Origin: Amoebidium appalachense
Taxonomy: Eukaryota; Protista; Ichthyosporea
DNA: 64,000 nucleotides
Reading direction: 5' to 3'
Assembly (NCBI GenBank): GCA_963693365.1
Contig: CAVNZM010000002.1
Span: 7,968,559-8,032,558 of the forward strand
Shown here: one piece after another, positions 35,228-46,549 of the stretch
Layout of the letters: the number at the start of each line of letters is the position of its first letter
How positions within the stretch are numbered: position 1 is the first letter of the stretch
The notes under the pieces: generated by a model
The model's input: the letters and a program-made list of their open reading frames with translations, nothing else
The model's database searches: none
What the model was told of the DNA's origin: nothing
Made by a program: the position numbers and the translations under genes

Positions 35228-36073
35228 GGGTGGGTTCTAGCTGCCCCTCAAGGGGCCTAAGTAGAGGTGGATGCCTAAGTAAAGGCCGATGCCTAAGTAG
35301 AGAAAGTGCCTAAGTAGAGAAAGTAGCCGTCGTCTCTGATCGATCCGTTAACGATGATATCGATATCAATAGAGATCAGCGTGATTGCGTCAATAGTGAA
35401 ACTATTTCGATTGGTTCTTCGAATCATTGACCTGATTGGGTGTAATACACCAATTATCTTTCAAGAAAGAATAATTGCTGTGTATTCCACCAATCATGGT
35501 CTGGCGCTGAATCTTGGCTGCAGGCTATATAAGCTGCAGCCGAGAGAAGCCTTGATCAGTCTTCCCTCACTCAGCGCCACTTGTACCCAACCCATCCCGC
35601 CCGCGTCTTCCTTTGCTCTCACTCAGTTTTTGTCTGCTTACACACACGATTGATAGTTAGATTTGGGGTGGGTACTGCCGTGTGGTCGCAGGCTTTCACT
35701 TTTACCGATCTCTTTGTGATTGACTGGTTTGCCGATCCCAGCCGATCTCAGCCGATCTCAGCTGTTTGAGCTCAAATAAAATTGAAAGCAATTGGATTCT
35801 CAGAAGCCAATCAATAGAGATCAGCGTGATTGCGCAAACACTCGATTGGTCCTGATATCTGCCGTTCAAAGTTTCCGCTTGAAGCCTGTTTCTCCCAGGC
35901 AGAAGTGCGAGCGAAAAAAGGTTTTGCGTTTGTTATATACTAGGTCACTAGTAAGAGCCCGTAGTAACCAGAACAGCACAAAGCGAACACATACTCGGAC
36001 GGGGACCCTGAGACACTTTTATATGTTTTCCTATGCGTTCAACAGTTGCTACCAAAGGGACATAGTGAGGTAG

Positions 36074-37021
36074 GTCTTCCCGGCATGTGAATATGGTTTA
36101 CCCCTTCTCGCCGCTTGGATCAAGAAAGAGAGAACTAGAGCGCTTAAACCCTTGGCAAATTTCCTTGAAGCAGAAGTTGCCTCCTTTCTATCTAACAACT
36201 GTTGTAAACCTGGGCCTGTAACGCTCTCGATATATGGTCTGGTCCCAATAGCTGCTAGAGTATCCTATCTCGCGCTGAAATTCAATAAGCACATAAGCCG
36301 CTTAAAGAAGTATTTGCCCTCCCACCCTCTCTTCTCTATCCGACCTGTCCCCTCCTCACCTCTCCCCTCTTTCCTCCCCTCTCTCTCCCCTTCTCCCCTG
36401 GGCACAAATACAAATAAACCCCGCAATAGTGTGTGTGTGACTTTGGACTGCCACTTACTTATTAAACATGTACACAATCACAAGATAATCACGCAATATA
36501 ACAAATGGAAAAAGATACCACACGACACTAGACCCGATGAAAGCATACACCTTGAAAAACTAAGCCTTATGTCTCGTTTTATATATACTGACCGCCTCAA
36601 CCATATTGCCAAATATGGCACTCGCAAGTGTATAACACCTAAATACATATTACCTTCCTGTAGAACTGGTCTTTCTCTAGCTGATGGTATTATTGATCAA
36701 TTACCACGCTTTTACTGTACACGTGCTATACAGTGGAGATCTAATAAGTATAAGGTGGCATCATTTGCATGCCCAAACAACACACACACACACCAGTTTA
36801 ACCGGTCATGTATCGCCAAATGTAGTTTGATAGACCACATAATACCGCAACACACACACGTCACATTCACAACAGACACCCAGAAAGATAGCCTACCTGT
36901 AAATTACAACATCCTTGATTTTATACTAAACACGCGTAACTACGACCTGTTTATTAGATGTATTGATTGGCTTGAGAAACACATCACTACAAAATTATAG
37001 CGCACGCGCACACACACACAC

Positions 37022-37072
<51 letters not shown>

Positions 37073-37104
37073 CCAGCTGATACCGAGTGTCCCGAGGGGA
37101 GCCC

Positions 37105-37161
<57 letters not shown>

Positions 37162-37359
37162 GGGGAACCCCAACTAATTGATTTCTCCTTGTAGTCTTTA
37201 TGGTGTCTCGTAGAGAAAGTAAACCCTGATATATAGTCACCACCCGACATCTATGTACGTGATCATGATATACCGCTGAGGGGATATTCCGAGCAAAACC
37301 CCCCCCCCCCCATACCTGAGACTGGTTCTCTTTGCCTCGAGTAAACAGCGTAAACCCCC
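36074..37359 (+). mobile_element. Recent 5'-truncated copy of LINE family A
   Basis: By eye identical to the reverse complement of 40184-41467 apart from homopolymer lengths. Ends GTAAACCCCC and is followed by a 28-bp direct repeat (37360-37387, ~37398-37425). Confidence 0.95.
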
Positions 37360-37789
37360 TTCATAAGATAGATAAGATCTAGTCGAATTGTTGGTAGTTC
37401 ATAAGATAGATAAGATCTAGTCGAAACAATTCATCATCGGCAATACACCTTTTCTCGACTGGGTTTGGAGCAAACAGAACGTACAGATATAAGTGAGAAG
37501 ATAGTGGCTATGGATGTCATGTGCTTTCTGCATCAGGCTTTCATGCAGTGGCAAGGTGAAAACAGCAGTAGGACGCAAACAGGTGGCTGGTTTGCCAAAG
37601 ATCTTTCTACCATCGTTAACCTAAAAACTTCTTTTGCATGTGTTTGGCTGCGTGTTGGTGGGGTGCCCATAAAAAAGTTCCAGTCAATGCCTGTGGCAAA
37701 GTGTTGCTAAGGCTCAGGACCACACAAGCTGTACATATACAGGAGGAAGGTGAGAAAGGGGGTGGGAGGAGTGGGTGAGAGAGATGGGG

Positions 37790-37822
<33 letters not shown>

Positions 37823-38227
37823 ATAACCCAAAGCTGCCTTTATTGAGGCTAAATAGAGAAAGAGAGAGCTTGCGCACACAACTTTAGGCCGGTGGAAAAA
37901 CGTTTGAACTGATCACTCCAAGCATACTTGAGTACGGACGCGGGAGCTGAGCTCAAAACGAAATATGGGGCGATTCTAAAGGATCTCAAAACAGGAGGGG
38001 CCATCTTCAACCTGAGTTGTAGGGTTGTATTACGGTTGGGAAGTTACTACTTAGTGGATTATTATAGACTGTCACTAATAACGAAATGTAGAATGAATGC
38101 TGTGTTACCTAAACAATAATAGTCTATAAATGAATGTCGACCAACTGTGGCATCATTTTAAATCAGCGCCAACATATGATACTGAAGAGGTCTCCTTCCT
38201 TTCCCGGGCATTTCTCCCTTCCCCCCT

Positions 38228-38265
<38 letters not shown>

Positions 38266-38726
38266 CTCCCCCCCCTCCCCCCCACACACACACGCATAAA
38301 CTCTTCCCTCCTCCCTCCCCTTCCCTGTCTCGGTACCCTTTCTGCCGCCTCGGCCCTCAGCAACCCCTATATCCCCCCCCCCCCCCCCCAACACACACAC
38401 ACGCACATTCCCTCTCCGTACTCTCCGTCCCTCCGTCAGCCCCCCCGCCCCCACCCCCCCCACACACACGTGACACCAAGACCTTCCCCCCTCCTTACTC
38501 TCTGACCCTCCCCCGAGCCCCCCCCCCCCCCCACCTCCTTACCCTTTCGCCACGCTCATACCCCCCCCCCCCCCCCCCCCCTTCCTCCCCCCCCTCTCTC
38601 GCCTTCACACACCCATGCCTTCCCTTCCTGTTCGTTCTCGACCTTCCTCAGCATCCCCCTCCCCCTCCCCCCCCCCCCCCCTTCCTACATAGTTCTCTCC
38701 TCCTCCCTCCCTCGAAATATATGTCG

Positions 38727-38809
<83 letters not shown>

Positions 38810-38924
38810 CACCCATTTCCCCCAGGCTCCCTCCTTTCATGTTCGATTAGTTTACACACACGCACACACACACACACACACACACACCACACACACACAC
38901 ACACAGACTCTCTCTCTCTCCCTC

Positions 38925-39016
<92 letters not shown>

Positions 39017-40380
39017 GAAACGAAACGAAGTTTTTAAGTTCTAAAATCATGAAATAATGAAATGCCAGGAGGACAATCTGTGCCCCCCCCCCCCCCCCCC
39101 CCCGTCCCTACCCCCTCCCCTCTCCCCCAAGCTCTCTCTCTCACTCTCTCCCTTTCTCTCTCTCCCTTTCTCTCTCTCTCTCTCTCTCTCTCTCCCCCCC
39201 TCTCTCTCTCTCTCTCGCTCTCTCTCTCTCTCTATCTCCCACCCTTCCCCCCCCCCCCCCCCCCCCCCCCCCCACCCCCTTGCCTTCCCCCACCCCCCTC
39301 CCCCTTCCAACGTCTTGTTCTTTTGTTTTCGGCTTTCAAAGACTCATCTTCCGCATCACCGCTAGGCAGCTCGTTCGCAACTTGCATGTTGCGTCGCTTT
39401 TTCACCAGTAGGTCTCTCTCTTTGACCCCTTCCTCATCATCTCGTGATCACCCCGCTCACTAAGCTATTCTCGTATTTCCGTATGAGCGTCCGCCATAAT
39501 TTTTATTACACAGGCGAACCCGCGAAGGGTGTGCAAGAACGGGCTCTTTGGCACGTTCCAAGGGCAGACGATCTGCTAAAGCTTGCCATCTTTCCGATGT
39601 GTTCTAGATGAAAGTGGTTGAGCATAAGTTAAGTTTCCTAAGGCGCCATAGAGATGAATTCTTGCGCCCTGCGTTACTTTCGCGTTTTTTAGAGTTGTGA
39701 TCCTTTCCGGATCCCTGCTTCTTACTTTTTTGGAGTGGGTGCCCGTGGAGGTCGGGCAGGATGTGAGCGTGGATCTCTGAGGTAATCCAGAGCGTGTCTT
39801 TATTCGTCTATGTACTTTTTAGTTTACCCAAACGCAGCCAAACGCTCAAGTTAGTTTACACTCTTCAATTGCAATATTGTCTCTTCATTTCTAGATGAGC
39901 CTATGAAACCATGGAACGCGTGGATCTTTTTCCTTGGGGTTTCCACACCACTCAGCTACACAGGCAGGCATCTTGAAAACTATCTACCACGATTACTATA
40001 CAGATGCGTACAAAAACCATAGGAGGTGTAAAACACATAACATTGGACGCGTGTACGTGTTTATTTGTTGTTAAATACTAAGTGTCCACTTTTCACACAG
40101 CCGCACCACCAACTCTAAGTATTATGTTTTTCTGCCGCCGTCGAAACCACGAAATTGCTATGCTTAGCGGCAGAAATCGTGTTGGGGGTTTACGCTGTTT
40201 ACTCGAGGCAAAGAGAACCAGTCTCAGGTATGGGGGGGGGGGGGTTTGCTCGGAATATCCCCTCAGCGGTATATCATGATCACGTACATAGATGTCGGGT
40301 GGTGACTATATATCAGGGTTTACTTTCTCTACGAGACACCATAAAGACTACAAGGAGAAATCAATTAGTTGGGGTTCCCC

Positions 40381-40436
<56 letters not shown>

Positions 40437-40468
40437 GGGCTCCCCTCGGGACACTCGGTATCAGCTGG

Positions 40469-40519
<51 letters not shown>

Positions 40520-40540
40520 GTGTGTGTGTGTGCGCGTGCG

Positions 40541-43500
40541 CTATAATTTTGTAGTGATGTGTTTCTCAAGCCAATCAATACATCTAATAAACAGGTCGTA
40601 GTTACGCGTGTTTAGTATAAAATCAAGGATGTTGTAATTTACAGGTAGGCTATCTTTCTGGGTGTCTGTTGTGAATGTGACGTGTGTGTGTTGCGGTATT
40701 ATGTGGTCTATCAAACTACATTTGGCGATACATGACCGGTTAAACTGGTGTGTGTGTGTGTTGTTTGGGCATGCAAATGATGCCACCTTATACTTATTAG
40801 ATCTCCACTGTATAGCACGTGTACAGTAAAAGCGTGGTAATTGATCAATAATACCATCAGCTAGAGAAAGACCAGTTCTACAGGAAGGTAATATGTATTT
40901 AGGTGTTATACACTTGCGAGTGCCATATTTGGCAATATGGTTGAGGCGGTCAGTATATATAAAACGAGACATAAGGCTTAGTTTTTCAAGGTGTATGCTT
41001 TCATCGGGTCTAGTGTCGTGTGGTATCTTTTTCCATTTGTTATATTGCGTGATTATCTTGTGATTGTGTACATGTTTAATAAGTAAGTGGCAGTCCAAAG
41101 TCACACACACACTATTGCGGGGTTTATTTGTATTTGTGCCCAGGGGAGAAGGGGAGAGAGAGGGGAGGAAAGAGGGGAGAGGTGAGGAGGGGACAGGTCG
41201 GATAGAGAAGAGAGGGTGGGAGGGCAAATACTTCTTTAAGCGGCTTATGTGCTTATTGAATTTCAGCGCGAGATAGGATACTCTAGCAGCTATTGGGACC
41301 AGACCATATATCGAGAGCGTTACAGGCCCAGGTTTACAACAGTTGTTAGATAGAAAGGAGGCAACTTCTGCTTCAAGGAAATTTGCCAAGGGTTTAAGCG
41401 CTCTAGTTCTCTCTTTCTTGATCCAAGCGGCGAGAAGGGGTAAACCATATTCACATGCCGGGAAGACAAAAGTGCGAATAAATGTAAGTCTAATAGAAGG
41501 ATGGAGGGGTGTGTCTTTAAAAATATTAGCCGAGAAGAAAGCTAACCGCTTACGAGCCAACTCTACCCTCTTTTCGACCATATGGGGAAACATAACACCA
41601 ACAGAATCAACCGGAACACCAAGATATTTGTATTCTGGAACTATAGGTACAGGTTTAGATGATAATGTAAATGTGTGTAAATTGTTAGCTATATCAGGTA
41701 CAAGAACACCACATTTGTCTATGTTAAGGATCATAAGGTTTGCCTTGCACCACTCTGACACTACATCGAACAATCTTTGCAGGCGTCTAGGGGTACGGGC
41801 AAGGAGGGACAGATCATCAGCATAGAGAAGTGCAGGCGGAAAGTTATTAATAGGGTCATCGTTTTCGGCGTAAATCTTGACAGCCAAATCATCTATAAAT
41901 AGGTTAAACAAAAAGGGGCTAAGCAATGAACCCTGCAAGAGACCTCTAGTACGAGCAAAACCATATGAAAGATGCCCATTAACCACAGCTCTACCATAGG
42001 TTTGAGACAAGAGTGCTTCTAACAGAACACCAATGCAGTGTGGTACACCCCGTGCAGCAAGCTTTTCCCATAGGAGACCAGGGGAGACAGAATCGTAAGC
42101 AGTTTTCCAATCAATAAAGCCAACATATTGTGCACCAACTTGCATAGAATCGTGCAGTGCCATTATTTGAACATAACATGAATTGTTTTTACGAAAAGCG
42201 GATTGGCATGGGTGTATGTGAAGAATAGATTGAAACCTAGGGTGATGTGCAAATAACCTAAGTAAGCAAGCTTCAAAGAATCTACGAACAACCTGGGTTA
42301 GTGTAATGGGGCGAAAGGATGATATGGGGCCCTCAGAGTCCTTCTTAACTATGGGGATCACTAAGGTATCTAACCAAGATGACGGGACATGTCCACATTT
42401 AACACACCAAGAAAAGAGAGAGCTTAACATGATAGTAAGATCAGGTTTAATAGCACGATCACTTTCCTTTTGTGGGTAGGAGGGAACAAGGATTTTAAGA
42501 AACCCAGCAGGGAGTCCATCAGGTCCACAAGACTTACTAGAGCTATAACTAGATATCACAGACCATATGGCATCGGGACTGAAAAAGGGGAGGATCGATT
42601 CTATGGGGATAGATGGGTCTACAGGCCACACAATAGGTTTCTGAGCGGGGGTCCTATCTTTAAACAGTTCCGAGAAATACTTATCAGAGTCTATGAGGGG
42701 GTCTCCAGTGGTATCACCAATAATACGAGCAGGGGGGCCAAATCGATTCATACTAGCAAGCCGGCGCAAGCTTTCCTTTTGAGACAGGGGTTCACCTAGT
42801 CTAGCGGGAGTGGTGTTTGGTAACAAGAGAGCATCGGGATATTCCTTCCTACCACCGCCAGCATAATCACCGAGATCTATCAAATCATCAACAATAAAGT
42901 TAGTGCATGTATCTAGTACGAGATGTGAATCTGGCCTGGCTTGTGCAGATTCTAATAGGCGCATATATATAGGGTGTTTCGTAGCATAGCATACACATAC
43001 ATCAACTCTACCCCACTGTGACTTAAGCTGGGATAGACGGAGGCGAAAGGTGGGAGGGGGAGGGGGGAGCAGATCAAGGGAGATCTTAGGTAGGAAAAGG
43101 ATAGGAGAGTGGTCAGATGACCTAGAGAGGTTAGGAGGGAGAGAGAGTTTTGACATGGTTGATGGCCAAAAGGCCACTCCCCAGTCGGTGTTGTGGGCAT
43201 GGGATATTTGAGGGAACCGCAAAGTGTGACTTTGGACATACCTTGCTAAAGGGATAGCACGCTCCGGGGGCTTAGATGGGTACCCGACACTCACTTGCAG
43301 TGTGTCTGTGTGGTGGAGTCGCGTGTTAAAATCACCTAAAATAACAGTGGACATTGGTAACTGTGACAACTCGTGAGTCAATTCGACAACCGACATAGAT
43401 GGTGGGTAATATACAAAAGTAAAAACATTAGAAAGAAACTCTATAGAAACCGAGAATTCCGTTTTTGCTACCGGTTTGCACTTCACTCTCACGTGTGGTG

Positions 43501-43734
43501 CGGCAAGTACAATAATGCCTCGGTTTTTCGCGTAACCGGGGTGTGTGGATGTGTCGACCAATGTAGAGTTGAATTTGTGGTGGTTTTTAAACTGTGTTTC
43601 GCAAATCACTGTAAACGTGTGGTTGTTTGTCTGTTGTTGTATGTAGCTGATTTTATCGTCGAGTGTCCCGGGGGGAGGCCCTTTTGGGGGCCCAGTGTCC
43701 GAGCATTCCAGAAGAAGAAGGATAAATTAGGCAT
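40541..43734 (-). CDS. LINE A ORF2: AP endonuclease + reverse transcriptase + Cys-rich C-terminus; -1 frame break at ~43695-43660
   Basis: MPNLSFFFWNARTL / TVICETQF, ILGDFN, SDHSPI; GPDGLP, FRPITL, FIDWKTAYDSV, RGLLQGSLLSPFLFNLFIDDL, LYADDL, YKYLGV. Confidence 0.94.
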
Positions 43735-44911
43735 CGGTTTGGTCCGACACCTGTGGGGTTGGTTCCCACTTGTCGCTTACGGGGTCGTATGCACGACCTT
43801 CCGCCAGCGCGAACAGTTCGCAGAAGAGCTCGATTTCCATCTCGCATCGGCGTTTGCGCTCGAGCAGTTTCTCACCAGAAAACATTGGTTCCTTCGTGTC
43901 CGTGTCTATCACGCTCGTAGCATCGTTTTCCAACTTTGCGAGGAACTCTTTTGCCTTGCTGATGCGTACACGACAACGTGTGGCGCACGCATTCTTAGCA
44001 GACACTTTACGTTCTTTGTCTGCTTTCTGAATGTTTTCCGGCGCGCATGGGTCGTAGCTTGGGAGGTGGGTGAAGAAGCTTCCACACCCCTTTGTCGCGT
44101 CACGGATGAACGCACGGTTATAGTCGCCCCGTACTGCTACTTCCAGCACATCGTATCCAATGAAGGACAGACAAAGGATGCGAGAGCACCGGAAGCCGAG
44201 AGCCTTGAAGATGGACCACATGGCCCTGTGTGGGCGTCTGCCGTGCTTGACTTTGAAATACACCCTCTCGTATTTGGGTGGGATGTTGATGTTACCGTTT
44301 GCTTGGGTGTTCCCCTTAGCCGGCGGTTTGGAAGGGGAGTTGCGGCGGTACTCGTTGCCTGCAAGAATGCTGGCATATGTTTCCTTGGCAATTTGGCGGA
44401 GCTCGGGTGTTTTACGAGAGTTCGCATATTCTAGGAACTCTGCCGGGAGCTGTGCTTCCGGTCCTGTGTTGTTTTGTGTTGGGGTGGAAATGTCTCCGTC
44501 GCGAGATGTTTGCTCATGAGTTTTGGGGTTTTGCGATCCACTAATGTTTAGCTGGGCTGTGAGTGAATCAATGGTGAGCTTGAGTTGGGTATTTTCTGTT
44601 TGGAGTTTTTCTATCATGTTCTTGAGTGGTAACAGCTCATTTAGCTGTTTCTTAACGAGGGCAAGTTCTGCCAGTACTGTATCAACCGAAAGTTTCGGCA
44701 TGGTTGTTATTGTGTTTCTACGGAGTGGTGTGGTGTTATTCTGAATGGGTAGTGTATTGTAAATAGGTGTTGCGCTTAGTCTAAGGCGATGTTTTTCTGG
44801 TTGTGCATCTGTGGTAGGTGTATCTGCTGGACGTTTTAATGGTCGCACATGTGTGATGGGTGTAGATGGAACTTTGAAAGAGGTTCTGAAACGATTATAG
44901 GCATGTGCCAT
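43727..44911 (-). CDS. LINE A ORF1 (394 aa, coiled-coil)
   Basis: Intact ORF with leucine heptads (LAELALVKKQL...IEKLQTENTQLKLTIDSL). Its stop overlaps the ORF2 start (ATGccTAA). Confidence 0.87.
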   Translation of the reverse strand: MAHAYNRFRTSFKVPSTPITHVRPLKRPADTPTTDAQPEKHRLRLSATPIYNTLPIQNNTTPLRRNTITTMPKLSVDTVLAELALVKKQLNELLPLKNMIEKLQTENTQLKLTIDSLTAQLNISGSQNPKTHEQTSRDGDISTPTQNNTGPEAQLPAEFLEYANSRKTPELRQIAKETYASILAGNEYRRNSPSKPPAKGNTQANGNINIPPKYERVYFKVKHGRRPHRAMWSIFKALGFRCSRILCLSFIGYDVLEVAVRGDYNRAFIRDATKGCGSFFTHLPSYDPCAPENIQKADKERKVSAKNACATRCRVRISKAKEFLAKLENDATSVIDTDTKEPMFSGEKLLERKRRCEMEIELFCELFALAEGRAYDPVSDKWEPTPQVSDQTDA

Positions 44912-46199
44912 GACATGGATGGGGGTGTTCCCCGGCCCTTAGGGCCACGGATGGCCTGGTTTAGGGGTGGATGCGCGAAGGATACTATTTATTAGCAGAT
45001 AATAAAGAGCGACATTTGAATCGATGTGTGCGACTGAATCGATGTGTGCGACTGATATGGCCCCAGTCACACTGAGAGTGGTACGTGTAACTTAGTAGAA
45101 CGTGTATTCGTGTATGCGCAAACCGCGCTGATCTCTAACAGGTGAGTACATACTACCCAGAGGACAAAGAGGACGGTAAGCGACAGCTGCTACGGCCATT
45201 CTTTTGCGGCCAGCGCGAGCGGCAGTGCACAGCGCCACAACATTTTGAAAAACGGCTTTTTGTAGGCGAGGCAATAGAAAACGGTCCGTTGTTTATTTAC
45301 AAAAGCGCGCGGAAAGTGTTGGCGCCAAAAAACAAAGAGGCAGTGTGTGGTGCGAAAAAAGCACGAAAAAAAAAGCTAAGTGTGGGGGATGAAGAGTGGT
45401 ATGCAGAAAAAAGAAATACGTATATGTGATTGGCACGTGGTCACAGCATGCTTTCTCAGAAGGGTGCAAACTAGATCGAACATGATGGATTGGATGAAAG
45501 TGGCTCCCCAATGAAAACCCTCCAATATAGAGTGTACTAGTCTACTACTGATAGTCTTACATCAGAATCAGATACCCTTAGGTACTTGTGCCATGGACTT
45601 GGCTGCTTGGAGGCCAGGGACTACGATAGATGACTTTGTGGCCAATCAGAACATGGCTCCAATATTATGTATACATTCCATTAATCCCCTTAAACTCATT
45701 ATGCATTTCGCTTATCCATAGATCTTTTTTTTTTCTTCGAGGACCTGAGGTTGACCTATAAATAAGGCCTGCAGACGCTAAATAAGAGAATACACAGCCA
45801 AAACAGCTACCATTTTCCAAAATCCAAAAATTGAATTTGAAAAAAAAAACGTTAAGACATTCTTGCACTGCAATTGAGCCTCGGGAAAAAAATTATTTTC
45901 CTAGCACCGTCCTTTTTTATTTATTTTCAAGTTCCTCTTTTTTTCAAAAAAATTTCCGACGCCACCAGGCCTAGGCACCACTCCAGCGCCACTGGCCCAG
46001 CCCTAGCAGATAACACTGTGTTAGTTATAGTGACGATTTGAACGCTCTTTGCCGGGGCCCAGTTCAGCGCAGAATTTTTTCTCCCCAATATCTTTTCAGC
46101 CTGAATGATGGTCAAAACTCTGTTTGGGGGCAGTCGTTCTTGGCCCACTTTTTCTGAATAGAGCCAAAAACCCCAATTCTATAAGGTTGGCACCAAGTA

Positions 46200-46320
46200 T
46201 CCAATCACATTCTTGTAATTGTTGAATTGTGAATTACCGCGCGACCAATCCGATGAAACCTCCAAGTTTCCTTTCATCCAATCACAGCGACGCGCCACAC
46301 CATCCAGAAAGTATATAAAC
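46200..46320 (+). promoter_or_regulatory. Putative Pol II promoter (CCAAT boxes + TATA) of secreted protein gene 1
   Basis: CCAATC at 46201, 46245 and 46278, TATATAAA at 46312, and Kozak-like GCCACCATG at 46544-46552. Confidence 0.5.
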
Positions 46321-46549
46321 GGTACCTCGCCTCAGAACTCTCAGTCCACAGCCAACCAGTCTTGCAGTGCATACAAACAAACCAGCCCGAAATCTCTTCA
46401 ATACGTTCAAAGCGTTTAGAAAGTTCGCCTCACTGCAAACTAGTTGGTCAAGTCAGGCGTTTTTTAGGTCGTATAGCAGCTAGCAGATCGCACACCACAT
46501 CCACCCACCCATACACATCGTGCCTACCACTCTATTTACACACGCCACC

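Larger units (their letters stand above)
30709..35325 (-). mobile_element. Full-length non-LTR retrotransposon, family B (ORF1 + APE-RT ORF2)
   Basis: Two long ORFs with RT and APE motifs. The 5' region has GCCTAAGTAGA-type tandem repeats (35255-35325). The 3' end is placed at AATAAAAAGTGTGTAAACCCCC (30730-30709) by similarity to family A ends. Confidence 0.88.
40184..45055 (-). mobile_element. Full-length non-LTR retrotransposon, family A
   Basis: ORF1 plus APE-RT ORF2. The 3'UTR has (CA)n, an internal A~50 tract and a ~200-nt terminal segment. An 18-bp tandem duplication GAATCGATGTGTGCGACT lies at 45018-45053 near the presumed 5' end; the 5' boundary is approximate. Confidence 0.9.

Noticed and set aside
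35228-35330. HDV-like or hammerhead ribozyme at the LINE 5' ends (also 44912-45055 and the 3' segment)
   Set aside because: I could not build the nested P1/P2/P3 pairing or find a CUGAnGA...GAAA core; only simple hairpins are supported.
37465-37710. KIVAMDVMCFLHQAF resembles an XPG/Exo1 N-terminal motif
   Set aside because: It is one short motif with no following VFDG or further exons, which is too weak to call.
43373-44434. Long antisense ORFs over LINE ORF1s and the secreted-protein genes
   Set aside because: They are shadow frames of real coding sequence with no motifs of their own.
35367-45137. TAGAGATCAGCG motif near both LINE 5' ends as a possible target site
   Set aside because: It is only 12 bp, in opposite orientations and at different distances; chance or a common promoter motif is not excluded.
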